This document shows positions 11,301 to 20,253 of a DNA stretch of 64,000 nt, piece by piece; positions within the stretch are counted from its first letter, which is position 1; each line of letters begins with the position of its first letter. The notes under the pieces were generated by a model, which had not been told where the DNA came from, did no database searches, and saw only the letters and a list, made by a program, of their open reading frames with translations. The translations under genes were made by a program, and so were the position numbers. The stretch comes from an uncultured Hyphomicrobium sp. (GTDB lineage: Bacteria > Pseudomonadota > Alphaproteobacteria > Rhizobiales > Hyphomicrobiaceae): NCBI GenBank assembly GCA_964589785.1, contig CAZPUQ010000010.1, positions 874 to 64,873 of the forward strand, given 5' to 3'.

Positions 11301-12003
11301 ACTCGGCCCTCCGCAGGCCGTCCGTCGCGCCATCCGTCGCGCGGGGCAGTCGCAGGGCGTCCTCGATCCATGCCCGGCTGGCCAGCGCCTGCGCCAGGAT
11401 CTCGTCGAAGCGGTCGTCGGCCGCGTGCGCCACGGCGTAGGCAAGCGCTTTTCCCAGCGGCGATGCCGGCTCAGCGCACGCGTGCGCCAGCACCTCGTCG
11501 ATCGCCTCGCGCATCAGCTCGCGCGCCGTCACGTCGTCGAGGATGGTGAATCCCGGCGTCACGCCCGCTTCGAGCGGGAAGCGCTGCAGCAGCCGCTCGG
11601 CGAAGGCGTGGATCGTCTGCACCTTGAAGCCGCCGGGCGTTTCGATCGCCGCGGTGAAGAGCGTGCGGGCATGCGCCGCCTCCTCGGCCGTCGCCGGGCG
11701 CGACAGGAGCTTGGCGAGGTCGGCCCGCAGCGCTTCGTCCGGCAGCGTCACCCAACCGGCCAGATCCTTGAAGACGCGCGTCGACATCTCGGCCGCCGCC
11801 GCCTTGGTGTAGGTGAGGCAGAGGATCCGCTGCGGCGCGACGCCGGAGAGCAGAAGCCGCAGCACGCGCATCTTCAGGACGTGCGTCTTGCCCGTGCCGG
11901 CGTTGGCGCTCACCCAGACGGAAGCGGCGGGATCGGAGGCCGTGGCCTGCACCTCAGCGGTGCGCGCGAGCTCGGCTGCGATGTCGGGCGGACGCCGCGT
12001 CAT
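8389..12003 (-). CDS. addA: double-strand break repair helicase AddA (alphaproteobacterial type)
   Basis: UvrD-like N-terminus with Walker A (SANAGTGKTHVL) and a C-terminal nuclease-like region. The ATG at 12003 overlaps the addB stop (ATGA). Confidence 0.9.
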   Translation of the reverse strand: MTRRPPDIAAELARTAEVQATASDPAASVWVSANAGTGKTHVLKMRVLRLLLSGVAPQRILCLTYTKAAAAEMSTRVFKDLAGWVTLPDEALRADLAKLLSRPATAEEAAHARTLFTAAIETPGGFKVQTIHAFAERLLQRFPLEAGVTPGFTILDDVTARELMREAIDEVLAHACAEPASPLGKALAYAVAHAADDRFDEILAQALASRAWIEDALRLPRATDGATDGLRRAESMLRQHFAVRIGLSSDTLRSEIAGLLPEAECLQLAGLFARGSPNDQKRAAALREIAATVGRQPRSQLLGRLFFDSKGAPRTSFATKTTAAAYPETETMLSSARDRFVPLWQELKGAELIEATLALYRLADAVLQSYEQAKARRAALDFDDLITRTKNLLATRGSAEWVLFKLDNGLDHLLVDESQDTSPSQWQVVATLAEEFFAGSGARETPRTIFAVGDEKQSIYSFQDAAPEMFAIMGARFQKLAKDAGAPFHRVELDVSFRTTEPVLEAVDTVFADSRRTSGVPAGPGGIRHIAKRIGQAGSVEIWRPEKHVDADAADPWSPLEETATTAPALRLANRIALTIRGWLDNGETLRSEGRTVRAGDILILVRKRRPFAGPMVAALKAARVPVAGADRLALTEHIAVQDLISLGQFLTLPEDDLALAETLKSPIFDLNDDDLLKLAHGRKGTLWASLLDHAGAGARYAEAAETLKRWRKAADFSPPFEFWASVLDRDGVRARLIGRLGPDAADPVDEFLNVALRYDDAAPASLTGFLHALTHESRDIKRDTEHARNEVRVLTVHGAKGLEAPIVFLPDTCATGANANSGGRPLVLDALKRSVEAKAPFLWPVKGTGMLGPVQAARAACEQREADERNRLLYVAMTRPRDRLIIAGFEGKKGRANGCWFDTVCGALGVAPDAPGEDAVLYRSETPQATTPDASSRTAPEEVAPESRPAWAETAAPREKTVTIPLAPSRLAPYETDDAGEPLPSEPVRDPLREPAVSPPARARHAGRGDGGLGGDRFLRGTLTHALLEHLPAIAPEARRAAAALFLDRRAPELPDRTCRSIADEALGVLDDPTFGPLFGRDSRAEVPIVAEIPHPSGRGPSLKLTGQIDRLAVTAEAVLIVDYKTNRSAPASVASVAPAYLYQLAAYRLALQDIYGNRPVRAALLWTEGPQLMEIPAQILDVHAQQLWRLDRGSLDADNGRS

Positions 12004-15000
12004 GGCTCGCCCTCCTCGCCGCCGTTCGCGCCCTCGAGCGACGACCATTCCGCCACGCGCGCCAGATGCGCGTAGTCGTCAAAGTCGTAAGCGTAGCCCT
12101 GGCGGCGCACGGGCCGGTAGGGCGTGTCGGGCCGGTCGAAGCGGGCGATGTGGCGCGTGAGGCCGTCAAGCGTCTCCGCCGCCAGCGCGGCGATATCGGG
12201 CACCTTGATGTCGATCTGCTCGCCGGCCGGCTCGCCGCCCGAGGCGCGGATGTAGCGCAGCGTCGCAACGGCTCCGCCGGGAGCATGTGCAAAGCCGGCG
12301 CCGCGTGCAATGGCGGCTTCGAGCGGCAACTGCGGGGCGTGGCCCGCAGTCACCCTCTTCGCACTTGGCGGCAGGCCCGTCTTGTAGTCCGTGATGACGA
12401 GGCCCGCCGCCCCGACATCGATGCGGTCCGCGCGCGCGGTCAGCGTGAAGGGCCCGCCGGGCGCGTCGAGCACGATCTGGCCTGCCGTCTCGGCCACGAC
12501 CTTCTCGATGCCGGCGCGGCGGGCGGGCTCGGTCTCGGCGAACCAGTCCGCAAAGCGCAGGAAGCGCGGCACCCAGAAGGCGGCGATGCGCGGATGCGTG
12601 CGGTACTGGTCGAGAATCTCCCGCGCGATCCCGGCAAGCGCGCGGCCGGCGTCGGCGGGCAGGCTGCCGGGGTACGTCCTGGCGAAGATCGCGAGCGCCT
12701 CGTGGATGATGCTGCCGCGCAGGGCCGCATCGGGTGCCGCTCCGAGGGACGCGAGCGGCTCAAGCCCCAAAATTTCGCGGGCGAAGATCGCATACGGGTT
12801 GGCGATGAAGCTTTCGACGCGCGAGACGGAGAGCTTGCGCGGGCGCATAGCGACGGGCGGGCACGGCTCGGGGCACGGCGCCGGCTTGCGGGGAACGATC
12901 GCATCGCGCTGCCGCGCCCAGGCGAGCCAGGGCAGGTCCGGCGCCAGCTCGCCCTGCGCGCCGGCCCCCTCGAGCAGCGCCTTGAGGCGTAACAGCCAGC
13001 GAGAGGCCACAGTCGGCACGCCGTCCACCTTTTCCGCGCGCGTCAGGATCACCTCACGCGCGCCGAGCAGCGAGACGAAGTCGTGGGCCGCCTGGCCGAT
13101 CTTGGTCTCCGGCGACGGCAGCCCCAGTTGGCTGCGCATGGGCCGGTTCAGCCACGGACCGGGATCGGCGGATTCGGGCCACGTGCCGTCGTTGAGCGCG
13201 CCCAGGATCGTCACGTCCGTCTGCTGGAGGCGCGCCTCGAAGGGGCCCCAGATGAAGAGCCGTGGATGCACCGGCACGCGCGGCCGCACGTTGAGCTTCG
13301 CAATCAGGTTGCGGTAGAGATCGGGATAGTCCGAGGCGGGAACGCGCAGCTCGGGCAGCTCCTCGTCGAGGAGCTCGTTGAAGAACCGTTGCGCCGTCTC
13401 GCCGGCCTCGCCTTGCCAGAGCGCGGAGGCCGTCTCGGCGTCCTCGCCCTCCTGGCCCGGCACGCGCGCCAGATGCTCGGCCACCGCCACATGCGCGCGG
13501 GCGAGATCGGCGAGCGTCGGCGTCGCCGCCGCGCTCGTGATCGCCGTCAGGGGCGCGAACGCCTCTTTCAGCGCGGCCACGAGATCGCGCGCGGCCGTCC
13601 AGTCGTCGTCCCAAAGCCGGCGCACCGCACGGTGCCGCCGCTCGCCCGCATCCGTCTGGTAATGCGCCTGCTCGAGGGCGGCCGCGACGCCCTCGAGGCC
13701 CTGGCCGAAGAACGGCGTGCGGAAGGCCGCGATCTCGAGTGCGCGCGCCGCCCGGCGGATCGAGAACGGGTCGCGGCCAAGCCGTGTGAGGGGATGCTTC
13801 AGCAGCCCCATCAGGGCCGCGGGCTCATAGCCGTGAGCGTGCGCGGCGACGACAAGCTCGAACAGGGCGCCGGGCACGGTCTTGGCGAAGGGGCGGCCGG
13901 CGGAATCGTCCACCCGGATGCCCCAGCTTTCGAGACGGATCGCGACGCGCCGCGCCAGCAGGCGGTCGGGCGAGACGAGGGCGGCCGTCCGTCCGGGCGT
14001 CTCGGCGGCATGGCGCAGAATGAGCGCGATGGCTTCCGCCTCGTCCTGCGCCGTCGGCGCCTCGATGAGGCTCAGGCCGTCGAGGGCGTCCTTGCGCACG
14101 CGTTCCGACTGCAGCGTCGCGACATATCCGTGCCAGCGTCCCGTCGTCCGCGCCGGCCGCAGCGCTTGCGAGATCAGCGTTTCGCGCGCCGCCTGTCGCG
14201 CGTCGGCCGTCGTGCGCGGCAGCACCGCGACGTCGGTGCGCGTCAGGCCGAGCCCGGCCAGGAGCTGAGCGAGCCCGTGTTGAGGATGCTCGGCGTGGCC
14301 AGGGTCCGACGTCGTCGGCCGGATCGCCTGCCAGCTCTCCTCGTCGAGGCTGAGGTCCAGGGCTGGCAGAACGAGCGCGCCGTTGGCAAGATCGGCGACC
14401 GCCCGCATCAGCTCGACGGTGGCGGGCACCGATCCCGTCACGCCGGCGACGATCACCGGACCCTGAGGCGGAGCGTGCCGCAGGCGCTGGGCCTCGGCGC
14501 GGATGACGGCGTTGCGCCGCGCCGCGGGCGAGAGCAGCCCGTGGCTTGCCAGATGGGCCGGCCAATGCGCGGTGACGATCTCGAGGAATTGCAGCGTCTT
14601 CTGCCAATGCTCGGAGTAGTGGTCGGGTACCAGATGCTTGAGGCCGTCGAGACTGATGTCCTCCGTCTCCACCATGTCCATCAGCCGGGCAAGCTCGGCG
14701 GCGAGCGTGGCGGCCTGCGCGGGCGTTCCGGCGCCCGCGGTGACGACCGGCGCGAGGTCGTCCGCCGCTGCGCCACGCATGGCCTCGGACCAGCCCATCA
14801 CGAGCCGGGTCAGCACCAGACGGCGATGCATCTCGCTGATGGCGGGCCCGATGGCGGTGCCGGCTCCGCCGCGCGCAGCCTCCGCGATGAGCGACAGATC
14901 CTCGTCGCCCTCCGCGATCGGCACGATCGTCGGCAGCAGCATCGCGCGCCCGCCACCTGCGGCAAGGAACGCCTCCTGCAACGCGCGCGTGGCGCGCCGC

Positions 15001-15167
15001 GTCGGCAGATAGAGCGTCACGGCGGTGAGATCGACGGGGCTCGGCTTCGGCCCGCCGGGCGCGGGAAGGTCGCCGGCGAGGAGGGCCGTGGCGAGCGCAC
15101 GCAGGAACGGCTGGCCGGCCGGCACCGTATAGATGCGCCGAGGCTTGCCGGCTGCTTCAACGGGCAT
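12000..15167 (-). CDS. addB: double-strand break repair protein AddB
   Basis: 1055-aa partner directly upstream of addA and translationally coupled to it. Its size and position are typical of alphaproteobacterial AddB. Confidence 0.88.
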   Translation of the reverse strand: MPVEAAGKPRRIYTVPAGQPFLRALATALLAGDLPAPGGPKPSPVDLTAVTLYLPTRRATRALQEAFLAAGGGRAMLLPTIVPIAEGDEDLSLIAEAARGGAGTAIGPAISEMHRRLVLTRLVMGWSEAMRGAAADDLAPVVTAGAGTPAQAATLAAELARLMDMVETEDISLDGLKHLVPDHYSEHWQKTLQFLEIVTAHWPAHLASHGLLSPAARRNAVIRAEAQRLRHAPPQGPVIVAGVTGSVPATVELMRAVADLANGALVLPALDLSLDEESWQAIRPTTSDPGHAEHPQHGLAQLLAGLGLTRTDVAVLPRTTADARQAARETLISQALRPARTTGRWHGYVATLQSERVRKDALDGLSLIEAPTAQDEAEAIALILRHAAETPGRTAALVSPDRLLARRVAIRLESWGIRVDDSAGRPFAKTVPGALFELVVAAHAHGYEPAALMGLLKHPLTRLGRDPFSIRRAARALEIAAFRTPFFGQGLEGVAAALEQAHYQTDAGERRHRAVRRLWDDDWTAARDLVAALKEAFAPLTAITSAAATPTLADLARAHVAVAEHLARVPGQEGEDAETASALWQGEAGETAQRFFNELLDEELPELRVPASDYPDLYRNLIAKLNVRPRVPVHPRLFIWGPFEARLQQTDVTILGALNDGTWPESADPGPWLNRPMRSQLGLPSPETKIGQAAHDFVSLLGAREVILTRAEKVDGVPTVASRWLLRLKALLEGAGAQGELAPDLPWLAWARQRDAIVPRKPAPCPEPCPPVAMRPRKLSVSRVESFIANPYAIFAREILGLEPLASLGAAPDAALRGSIIHEALAIFARTYPGSLPADAGRALAGIAREILDQYRTHPRIAAFWVPRFLRFADWFAETEPARRAGIEKVVAETAGQIVLDAPGGPFTLTARADRIDVGAAGLVITDYKTGLPPSAKRVTAGHAPQLPLEAAIARGAGFAHAPGGAVATLRYIRASGGEPAGEQIDIKVPDIAALAAETLDGLTRHIARFDRPDTPYRPVRRQGYAYDFDDYAHLARVAEWSSLEGANGGEEGEP

Positions 15168-15873
15168 GTTCGAACTTCAGGCGCTGTTCGGCGTCCGCTA
15201 GGGCGTCCGGCGTCCCGATATGCATCCAGATGCCGTCGAGCCGCACGCCGTAGAGGCGCCGCTCCGCGATGGCGCGGTCCCACAGCGCATTCAGCGAGAA
15301 GGCCCCCGGCGGCGCGTTGCGGAAGAGCCTGGGGTGCGCGATGGAAACGCCCGTGAACACGAAGGGCGCCTCGCGCCGTTCGGGGCGCCGCGTCAGGAGG
15401 CCGTTGGGCTCCATGTTGAAATCGCCGTGGCCGGCATAGCCGAGGCTCGTCGCGGCGAGCGCGAGCAGCATCAGGCTGTCCATGCGCTCCGGCTCCCACG
15501 CCGCGATGAGCCGCGCGATGGCCCCCCCGATGCCCTCGATCCAGACCGTATCGGAGTTGTGGATCAGGAACGGCCGGTCGCCGAGCAGCGGCAGGGCGTG
15601 GACGACGCCTCCGCCGGTGTCGAGCAGCCGGCCGCGCTCGTCGGAGATGAGGATCTCCGGGTGCTTCCGGCTCTTGAGATGCGCTTCGAGCTGGTCGGCA
15701 CGATGATGCACGTTGACGACGACGCGCGTGATGCCGGCGGCCTCCAGCCGGTCGAGCGCATGGTCGATCAGCGCCCGCCCACCGAGTCGCACGAGCGGCT
15801 TCGGCACCAGGTCGGTCAGCGGGCGCATGCGCGTCCCGAGGCCGGCGCCGAGGATCATCGCGGTGTCGATCAC
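15157..15873 (-). CDS. murU: nucleotidyltransferase, MurU-like (N-acetylmuramate-1-phosphate uridylyltransferase)
   Basis: AMILGAGLGTRMRPLTDLVPKPLV is the G-x-G-T-R sugar-nucleotidyltransferase signature. Start proposed at GTG 15873 (GGAG 6 nt upstream). An alternative is ATG 15924, which would overlap the upstream gene. Confidence 0.8.
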   Translation of the reverse strand: MIDTAMILGAGLGTRMRPLTDLVPKPLVRLGGRALIDHALDRLEAAGITRVVVNVHHRADQLEAHLKSRKHPEILISDERGRLLDTGGGVVHALPLLGDRPFLIHNSDTVWIEGIGGAIARLIAAWEPERMDSLMLLALAATSLGYAGHGDFNMEPNGLLTRRPERREAPFVFTGVSIAHPRLFRNAPPGAFSLNALWDRAIAERRLYGVRLDGIWMHIGTPDALADAEQRLKFEHAR

Positions 15874-15905
15874 GAGCAGCTCCGGATCAGGCGCGAGGCT
15901 CAAGC

Positions 15906-17462
15906 TTAAGGCGACGGTGCGCATGCCCGCATCGCAGGAGGGAAGTGGGCTCCGTACCAAGCGGCGAGTGCGCCGAGGTCCGGATGCGCCAGATCCCGTT
16001 CCAGATAGCGCCATATGCGCGGAATGTGGCGCAGATAGTGGGGCTTGCCGTCGCGTTTCCACAGGCGGGCGAAGATGCCGAGGATCTTGGTGTTGCGCTG
16101 GGCGCCGAGTGCCGCATAGGCAAACCGGAACGCGGCGGGATCGAAGCTGTCGTTTCGTGCCGCGGCCGCCTGCGTGTACCGGTCATAGAGCCGGTCCTCG
16201 ATGTCGGGTGCCACGTCGAGCCGCGCGTCCTGCAAGAGCGAGACGAGGTCGAAGGCGGGGTGACCGATCAAGGCGTCCTGGAAGTCGAGGAGGCCGACCT
16301 GGTTCGGCGCGGGGCCGTCGCGCTCGGGCAAGAAGATCAGATTGGGCGAGTGGTAGTCGCGCAGCGCGAGCGTGCGGCTCGGGTCGGCGGCCAGGCGGTC
16401 GAGCGCCGGCGCCCACGCGGCCTCGAGCTCCGCGCGCACGGATTGGGGCATCGGTCCACCTTTGACGAGCGGCCAGTACCAGTCGGCCAGGAGCGAAATC
16501 TCGATCTCGTAGGCGCCGCGGTCGTAGTCGCGGATCGGTGCGGCACGGCCCTCGCCCCTGTTCCAGGCGCGCACGCGGGCTTCGTCGAGCTGGCCGATGG
16601 CGACCAGCGTGTCGGTGGCCGCCTGCCACATGGGCTCGAGCGGCGCGCCCGTCGCCACCTCGCTGGCGAAGACGCGGTCCCCGAGGTCGCAGATGAGCAT
16701 CAGGCCCCGCTCGTGGTCGGCCGCGTGGATCTCGGGCACCACCAGCCCCTCCGAGGCGAGCAGCCGGGCCACGGATTCGAACGCGGCCGTACCCTCGGCG
16801 AGGTGGGCGATGCGGCTGTAGGGCAGGCCGTTGCGGATCGGCGGGCCGTCCGGCTGCGGCGGCCAGTCCATCAGGATCAGGGCCACGCCGTCCCGGTGGA
16901 GGCGGGCATAGGCGCGCGCCGAGGCGTCGCCCTGGAGATACGAGATGCGCGTGCCGATAGGGACCCGGTGCTCCGTCAAGAATTCGGCGATGTCCTTCAG
17001 GCGCGCGAGCCGGGCCTGCCAGGAGCCGTGCGCCTCGATCCTCACGTCGCGGCGGTCGGCGTCCGTTGCGCACTCGCCCAGCAGGATGTCGAGCCGGTCG
17101 GGTCCGGCGAGCGACGGCGCGCGGTCCGGCCATTCGATGATCACCGCGCCGCGCTCTGCGAGATCCTCGATGCCGAGCTCCAGCGCCTCGCTCGCGTCCG
17201 TCAGACGATAGACGTCGACGTGCGCGAGCGCCACGCGCGGGGCTTCGTAAGTCTGCACGAGGGCAAACGTCGGGCTCGGCACCTCTGCCTCGGGATCGCC
17301 GAGGACGGCGCGCACGAGCGCGCGCGCAAAGGTTGTCTTGCCGGCGCCGAGCTCGCCGTGCAGGGCCAGCGTGTCGCCCGGCCGGATCTTGAGCGCGATG
17401 AGCTCGGCGAGGCCCCGAACGGCGGCTTCGTCGGCCTCAGGAAGCATCCAGGTGGTAGGCAT
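15906..17462 (-). CDS. tsaE: fusion protein: TsaE (t6A ATPase) N-terminal domain plus AmgK-like anomeric sugar kinase (APH-fold phosphotransferase)
   Basis: N-terminal part: GDTLALHGELGAGKTTFARALV...SPTFALVQTY...HVDVYRL (TsaE/YjeE). C-terminal part: YLQGDASARAYARL...RDYHSPNLIFL...LLDFQDALIGHPAFDLVSLL (APH-type kinase). The first ~90 codons of ORF 15906..17732 overlap the kinase gene and were discarded. Start is ATG 17462 or 17447. Confidence 0.85.
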   Translation of the reverse strand: MPTTWMLPEADEAAVRGLAELIALKIRPGDTLALHGELGAGKTTFARALVRAVLGDPEAEVPSPTFALVQTYEAPRVALAHVDVYRLTDASEALELGIEDLAERGAVIIEWPDRAPSLAGPDRLDILLGECATDADRRDVRIEAHGSWQARLARLKDIAEFLTEHRVPIGTRISYLQGDASARAYARLHRDGVALILMDWPPQPDGPPIRNGLPYSRIAHLAEGTAAFESVARLLASEGLVVPEIHAADHERGLMLICDLGDRVFASEVATGAPLEPMWQAATDTLVAIGQLDEARVRAWNRGEGRAAPIRDYDRGAYEIEISLLADWYWPLVKGGPMPQSVRAELEAAWAPALDRLAADPSRTLALRDYHSPNLIFLPERDGPAPNQVGLLDFQDALIGHPAFDLVSLLQDARLDVAPDIEDRLYDRYTQAAAARNDSFDPAAFRFAYAALGAQRNTKILGIFARLWKRDGKPHYLRHIPRIWRYLERDLAHPDLGALAAWYGAHFPPAMRACAPSP

Positions 17463-19959
17463 GGGGAAGGGCGCGCGGATCCTCGAGGCTCGGCGTCGGC
17501 CCCGCGGGCCGCTCGGGCAACCGTACCGTGACGCGCGTGCCAATTCCAGGCTTGCTGTCGAGCGTGACGCGGCCCTTATGCAGCTCCACGAGGCTCTTGA
17601 CCAGCGACAGCCCGAGCCCCGTGCCCCGGTGCTCCGAGCCCTGGCTGCGGCTCTCGAAGCGTTCGAAGACCCGATGCTGCTGCTCGAAGGGGATGCCGAC
17701 GCCGTTGTCCTCGACGGCGAAGATGATCTCACCCTCGTCGCGCCAGCACTCGAGCTTCACGACGCCGCCGGGCCTGGAGAAACCGATGGCGTTCGACATG
17801 AGATTGTAGAGGATCTGGCGCACGCGCGCCTCGTCCGCGACGAACGCGGCAAGATCGCTCTCGACCGCCACGTCGATCGTCAGCTCGGCGCCGACCGCGC
17901 GCTCGCGCAGCGCCAGGATCGTCGCATCGATCAGGTCGCGCGGGCTCACCTCGGCGAGGCGAAGCTCCAGCGCGCCCGCGTCGATGGTGGCGAGGTCGAG
18001 GATGCCGTCGATGATCGCAAGCAGCGAGGTCGACGAGTCCGAGATGTGGCCCAGATACTCGCGCTGCTTCTGCGACAGAGCGCCGAGGTGCGGGCTCGCG
18101 AGCAGCTCGCTGAAGCCGATGATGTTGGTGAGCGGCGTGCGCAGCTCGTAGGAGACATGCCCGATGAACTGGTTTTTCAGCCGGTCGGCGGCGACGAGGG
18201 CCTCGTTGCGCTCCCTGAGCGTCCGCTCGTAGGCCTTGGCGTCCGTCACGTCGGAGAAGGTGATGAGCATGGCCCCATCGGGCAGCGGCGTGGCCGCATA
18301 GTCGATGACGCTGCCGTCCGGCCGCAGCATCTGCCCTTCGAGCTGGCTGCGCGCGGTGGTGAAGGACGTCACCGCCTTCACGATGCGCTCCCACGTGTGG
18401 CCGTCGTCGAAGAGGACGCGGGCGTTGGACACGAACTCGTCGATGTGCGGCGTGCTGGCGAGCTGGCGCTGCGACATGCGCCAGATCCGGGCGAACGCGA
18501 TGTTGAACAGCTTGAGCCGCCCGTCGGTCCCGAACACGGCGACGCCTTCCTTGAGGCTGTTCAGCGTCTCGCCCTGCACGCGCGTCAGCGCCACGTAGCG
18601 GCGCTCGAGCGAGAGGCTTTCCGTCCTGTCGTCGTAGAAATAGGTGACGCCGCCGTCGGGGCGCCGCTCGCCGACGACATGCACGACGCGCCCGTCCTTC
18701 AGGTGCCACCAGTCCTCGACGCCGCCGGGGTCGCTGTAGCAGGCGAGCAGGCGCGACTTCCACTCCCGGTAGTTGGCGACGTCCGGCAGGCGGCCGTCGT
18801 CGCGCAGCCGGTCGAGGATGGTGCCGTCCTGCGGGCCCGACTTCAGCCACGCCTCATCCAGCGCCCACAGCTTGCGATAGGCCTCGTTGTGGAAGGTCAG
18901 GCGGCGCTCGGCGCTGAAGATCGCAACCGCAGTGGCGACGCGGTCGAGCGTGCGGTCGTAGGCGGCGATCTGCCGGTCGAGCGCGTTCTGGGCGGTCTCC
19001 AGCGCCGCGACGTCGATCGCCACGCCGGCACTCGCCTCCGCCAGCGGCATGGTGATGACATGGTGCGGCTTCTGATCGCCGCCGACGATGAGGCCGAGCT
19101 TGTCGTCGAACGCCTTGCCGGACTTGTGCGCCCGGTCGATGGCGCGCCGCTGGCGCGATTCCAGAAGCTCGATCTGCGAGCCGATCACCTCCGCCTCGCT
19201 GTCGGCTTCGACCGCCTTGACGTACGCCTTGTTGACCCAGGCGAGGCGGCCCGAGCCGTCGCGCAGCCACGCGGGGCTCGGCAGCGCGTTGAGCAGCGCC
19301 CGGCTCGAGCGCACGTCGCGCGCGATCTTCTTCTGGTGATCGAGGATGAGGCCGAGATCGCGCTTGTAGCCGGCGACGTCGCGCAGGCGCAGGATGGCGC
19401 GGCTGCCCGCGGCGCGCCCGTCGGCCTCGATGTGCCCGCCGGCCGCCGTGCGCAGGATCATGTTGAAGGCGCGGCCTTCCGCGAACAGCGCGTCCAGCGC
19501 GCCCTTGAGGTCGGCGGCCGACTTCTGCTCAAGCCACAGGCCGAAGCGCAGCAGCTCCTGCTGGCTCGACGGCAGGCCCGCGATGCCGGTCAGCGACTGC
19601 GTGACGATCTCCAGCCCGCGCCCCTGCTCCCAGTGGATGAGGATCTGCGGCTCGGCCTTGATGAGCGCTTCGGACGAGGCGAGCCGGCGGCGCAGCTCCC
19701 CGATCTCGCTCGAGCGCTGGGCGGCCGACCGGCGCGAGGCCGCGAGTGCCGCGATCATCGCGGCGACGGCGGCGCAGATCGCGGCGGCCGCGAGCGCCAT
19801 CAGGATCAGCGCGGTGAGGCCCATGGACGCCGAAATGGTCGAGCGGTCGCCTGAGACGCTGATCGTCAGCACCAGGACGCAGGCGATGCTCGCGACCAGG
19901 AGCATGGCGAGTTCCAGGCGCGAGTTTCCGATCTTGGCGCGCGAAGCGAGAGGGCGCAT
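17437..19959 (-). CDS. membrane-bound multi-PAS sensor histidine kinase (PleC/DivJ-like H-box, no receiver domain)
   Basis: Two N-terminal TM helices, repeated PAS-like segments, H-box GHVSYELRTPLTNIIGFSELL, N box YNLMSNAIGFS, and G boxes DNGVGIP and GTGLGLSLV. Confidence 0.9.
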   Translation of the reverse strand: MRPLASRAKIGNSRLELAMLLVASIACVLVLTISVSGDRSTISASMGLTALILMALAAAAICAAVAAMIAALAASRRSAAQRSSEIGELRRRLASSEALIKAEPQILIHWEQGRGLEIVTQSLTGIAGLPSSQQELLRFGLWLEQKSAADLKGALDALFAEGRAFNMILRTAAGGHIEADGRAAGSRAILRLRDVAGYKRDLGLILDHQKKIARDVRSSRALLNALPSPAWLRDGSGRLAWVNKAYVKAVEADSEAEVIGSQIELLESRQRRAIDRAHKSGKAFDDKLGLIVGGDQKPHHVITMPLAEASAGVAIDVAALETAQNALDRQIAAYDRTLDRVATAVAIFSAERRLTFHNEAYRKLWALDEAWLKSGPQDGTILDRLRDDGRLPDVANYREWKSRLLACYSDPGGVEDWWHLKDGRVVHVVGERRPDGGVTYFYDDRTESLSLERRYVALTRVQGETLNSLKEGVAVFGTDGRLKLFNIAFARIWRMSQRQLASTPHIDEFVSNARVLFDDGHTWERIVKAVTSFTTARSQLEGQMLRPDGSVIDYAATPLPDGAMLITFSDVTDAKAYERTLRERNEALVAADRLKNQFIGHVSYELRTPLTNIIGFSELLASPHLGALSQKQREYLGHISDSSTSLLAIIDGILDLATIDAGALELRLAEVSPRDLIDATILALRERAVGAELTIDVAVESDLAAFVADEARVRQILYNLMSNAIGFSRPGGVVKLECWRDEGEIIFAVEDNGVGIPFEQQHRVFERFESRSQGSEHRGTGLGLSLVKSLVELHKGRVTLDSKPGIGTRVTVRLPERPAGPTPSLEDPRALPHAYHLDAS

Positions 19960-20147
19960 GGGTTCCCGGGGCCGCCGGCCGACGGACGAAATGTTGAAGG
20001 AAACGAGCCGGATCAGGCTCCAACGCCACGCGGTTGTTCAGGGAAGGGGCAAGCCGCGGCCGAAGCGGCACGAGGGCCCGCGAATCGCTCGTTTGATTAT
20101 GCGGGCCTTCGCCCGCACTGACCAGTGCCGCGGTCCCACATCAGGCC

Positions 20148-20186
20148 AACGGGAAACGGCGCCGCCCGATGGGAGCAGCGCCGTTG
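20148..20186 (-). terminator. possible terminator after ahcY
   Basis: Minus strand reads AACGGCGCtgctcccatcgggcgGCGCCGTTtcccgtt: 8-bp stem, a rather large loop and a weak U tail. A second 8-bp hairpin (TTGCGCCG/CGGCGCAA) lies closer to the stop. Confidence 0.35.
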
Positions 20187-20253
20187 CAGGCCGATTCCTT
20201 GCGCCGGCTTGACGGCGCAACCGGGGCGCTGAACTCCGTTCCCCGTCCTCGTC

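Noticed and set aside
8389-15167. Large helicase-nuclease pair as a possible defence system.
   Set aside because: Domain order, size, ATGA coupling and the conserved trxA/murU neighbourhood match canonical alphaproteobacterial AddAB recombinational repair.
15906-17732. The N-terminal 90 residues of the 608-aa ORF as a genuine extension of the TsaE fusion.
   Set aside because: That segment is Ser/Arg/Ala-rich and lies in an alternative frame over the well-supported C-terminus (HATPase domain) of the histidine kinase. The TsaE domain begins right after ATG 17462/17447.
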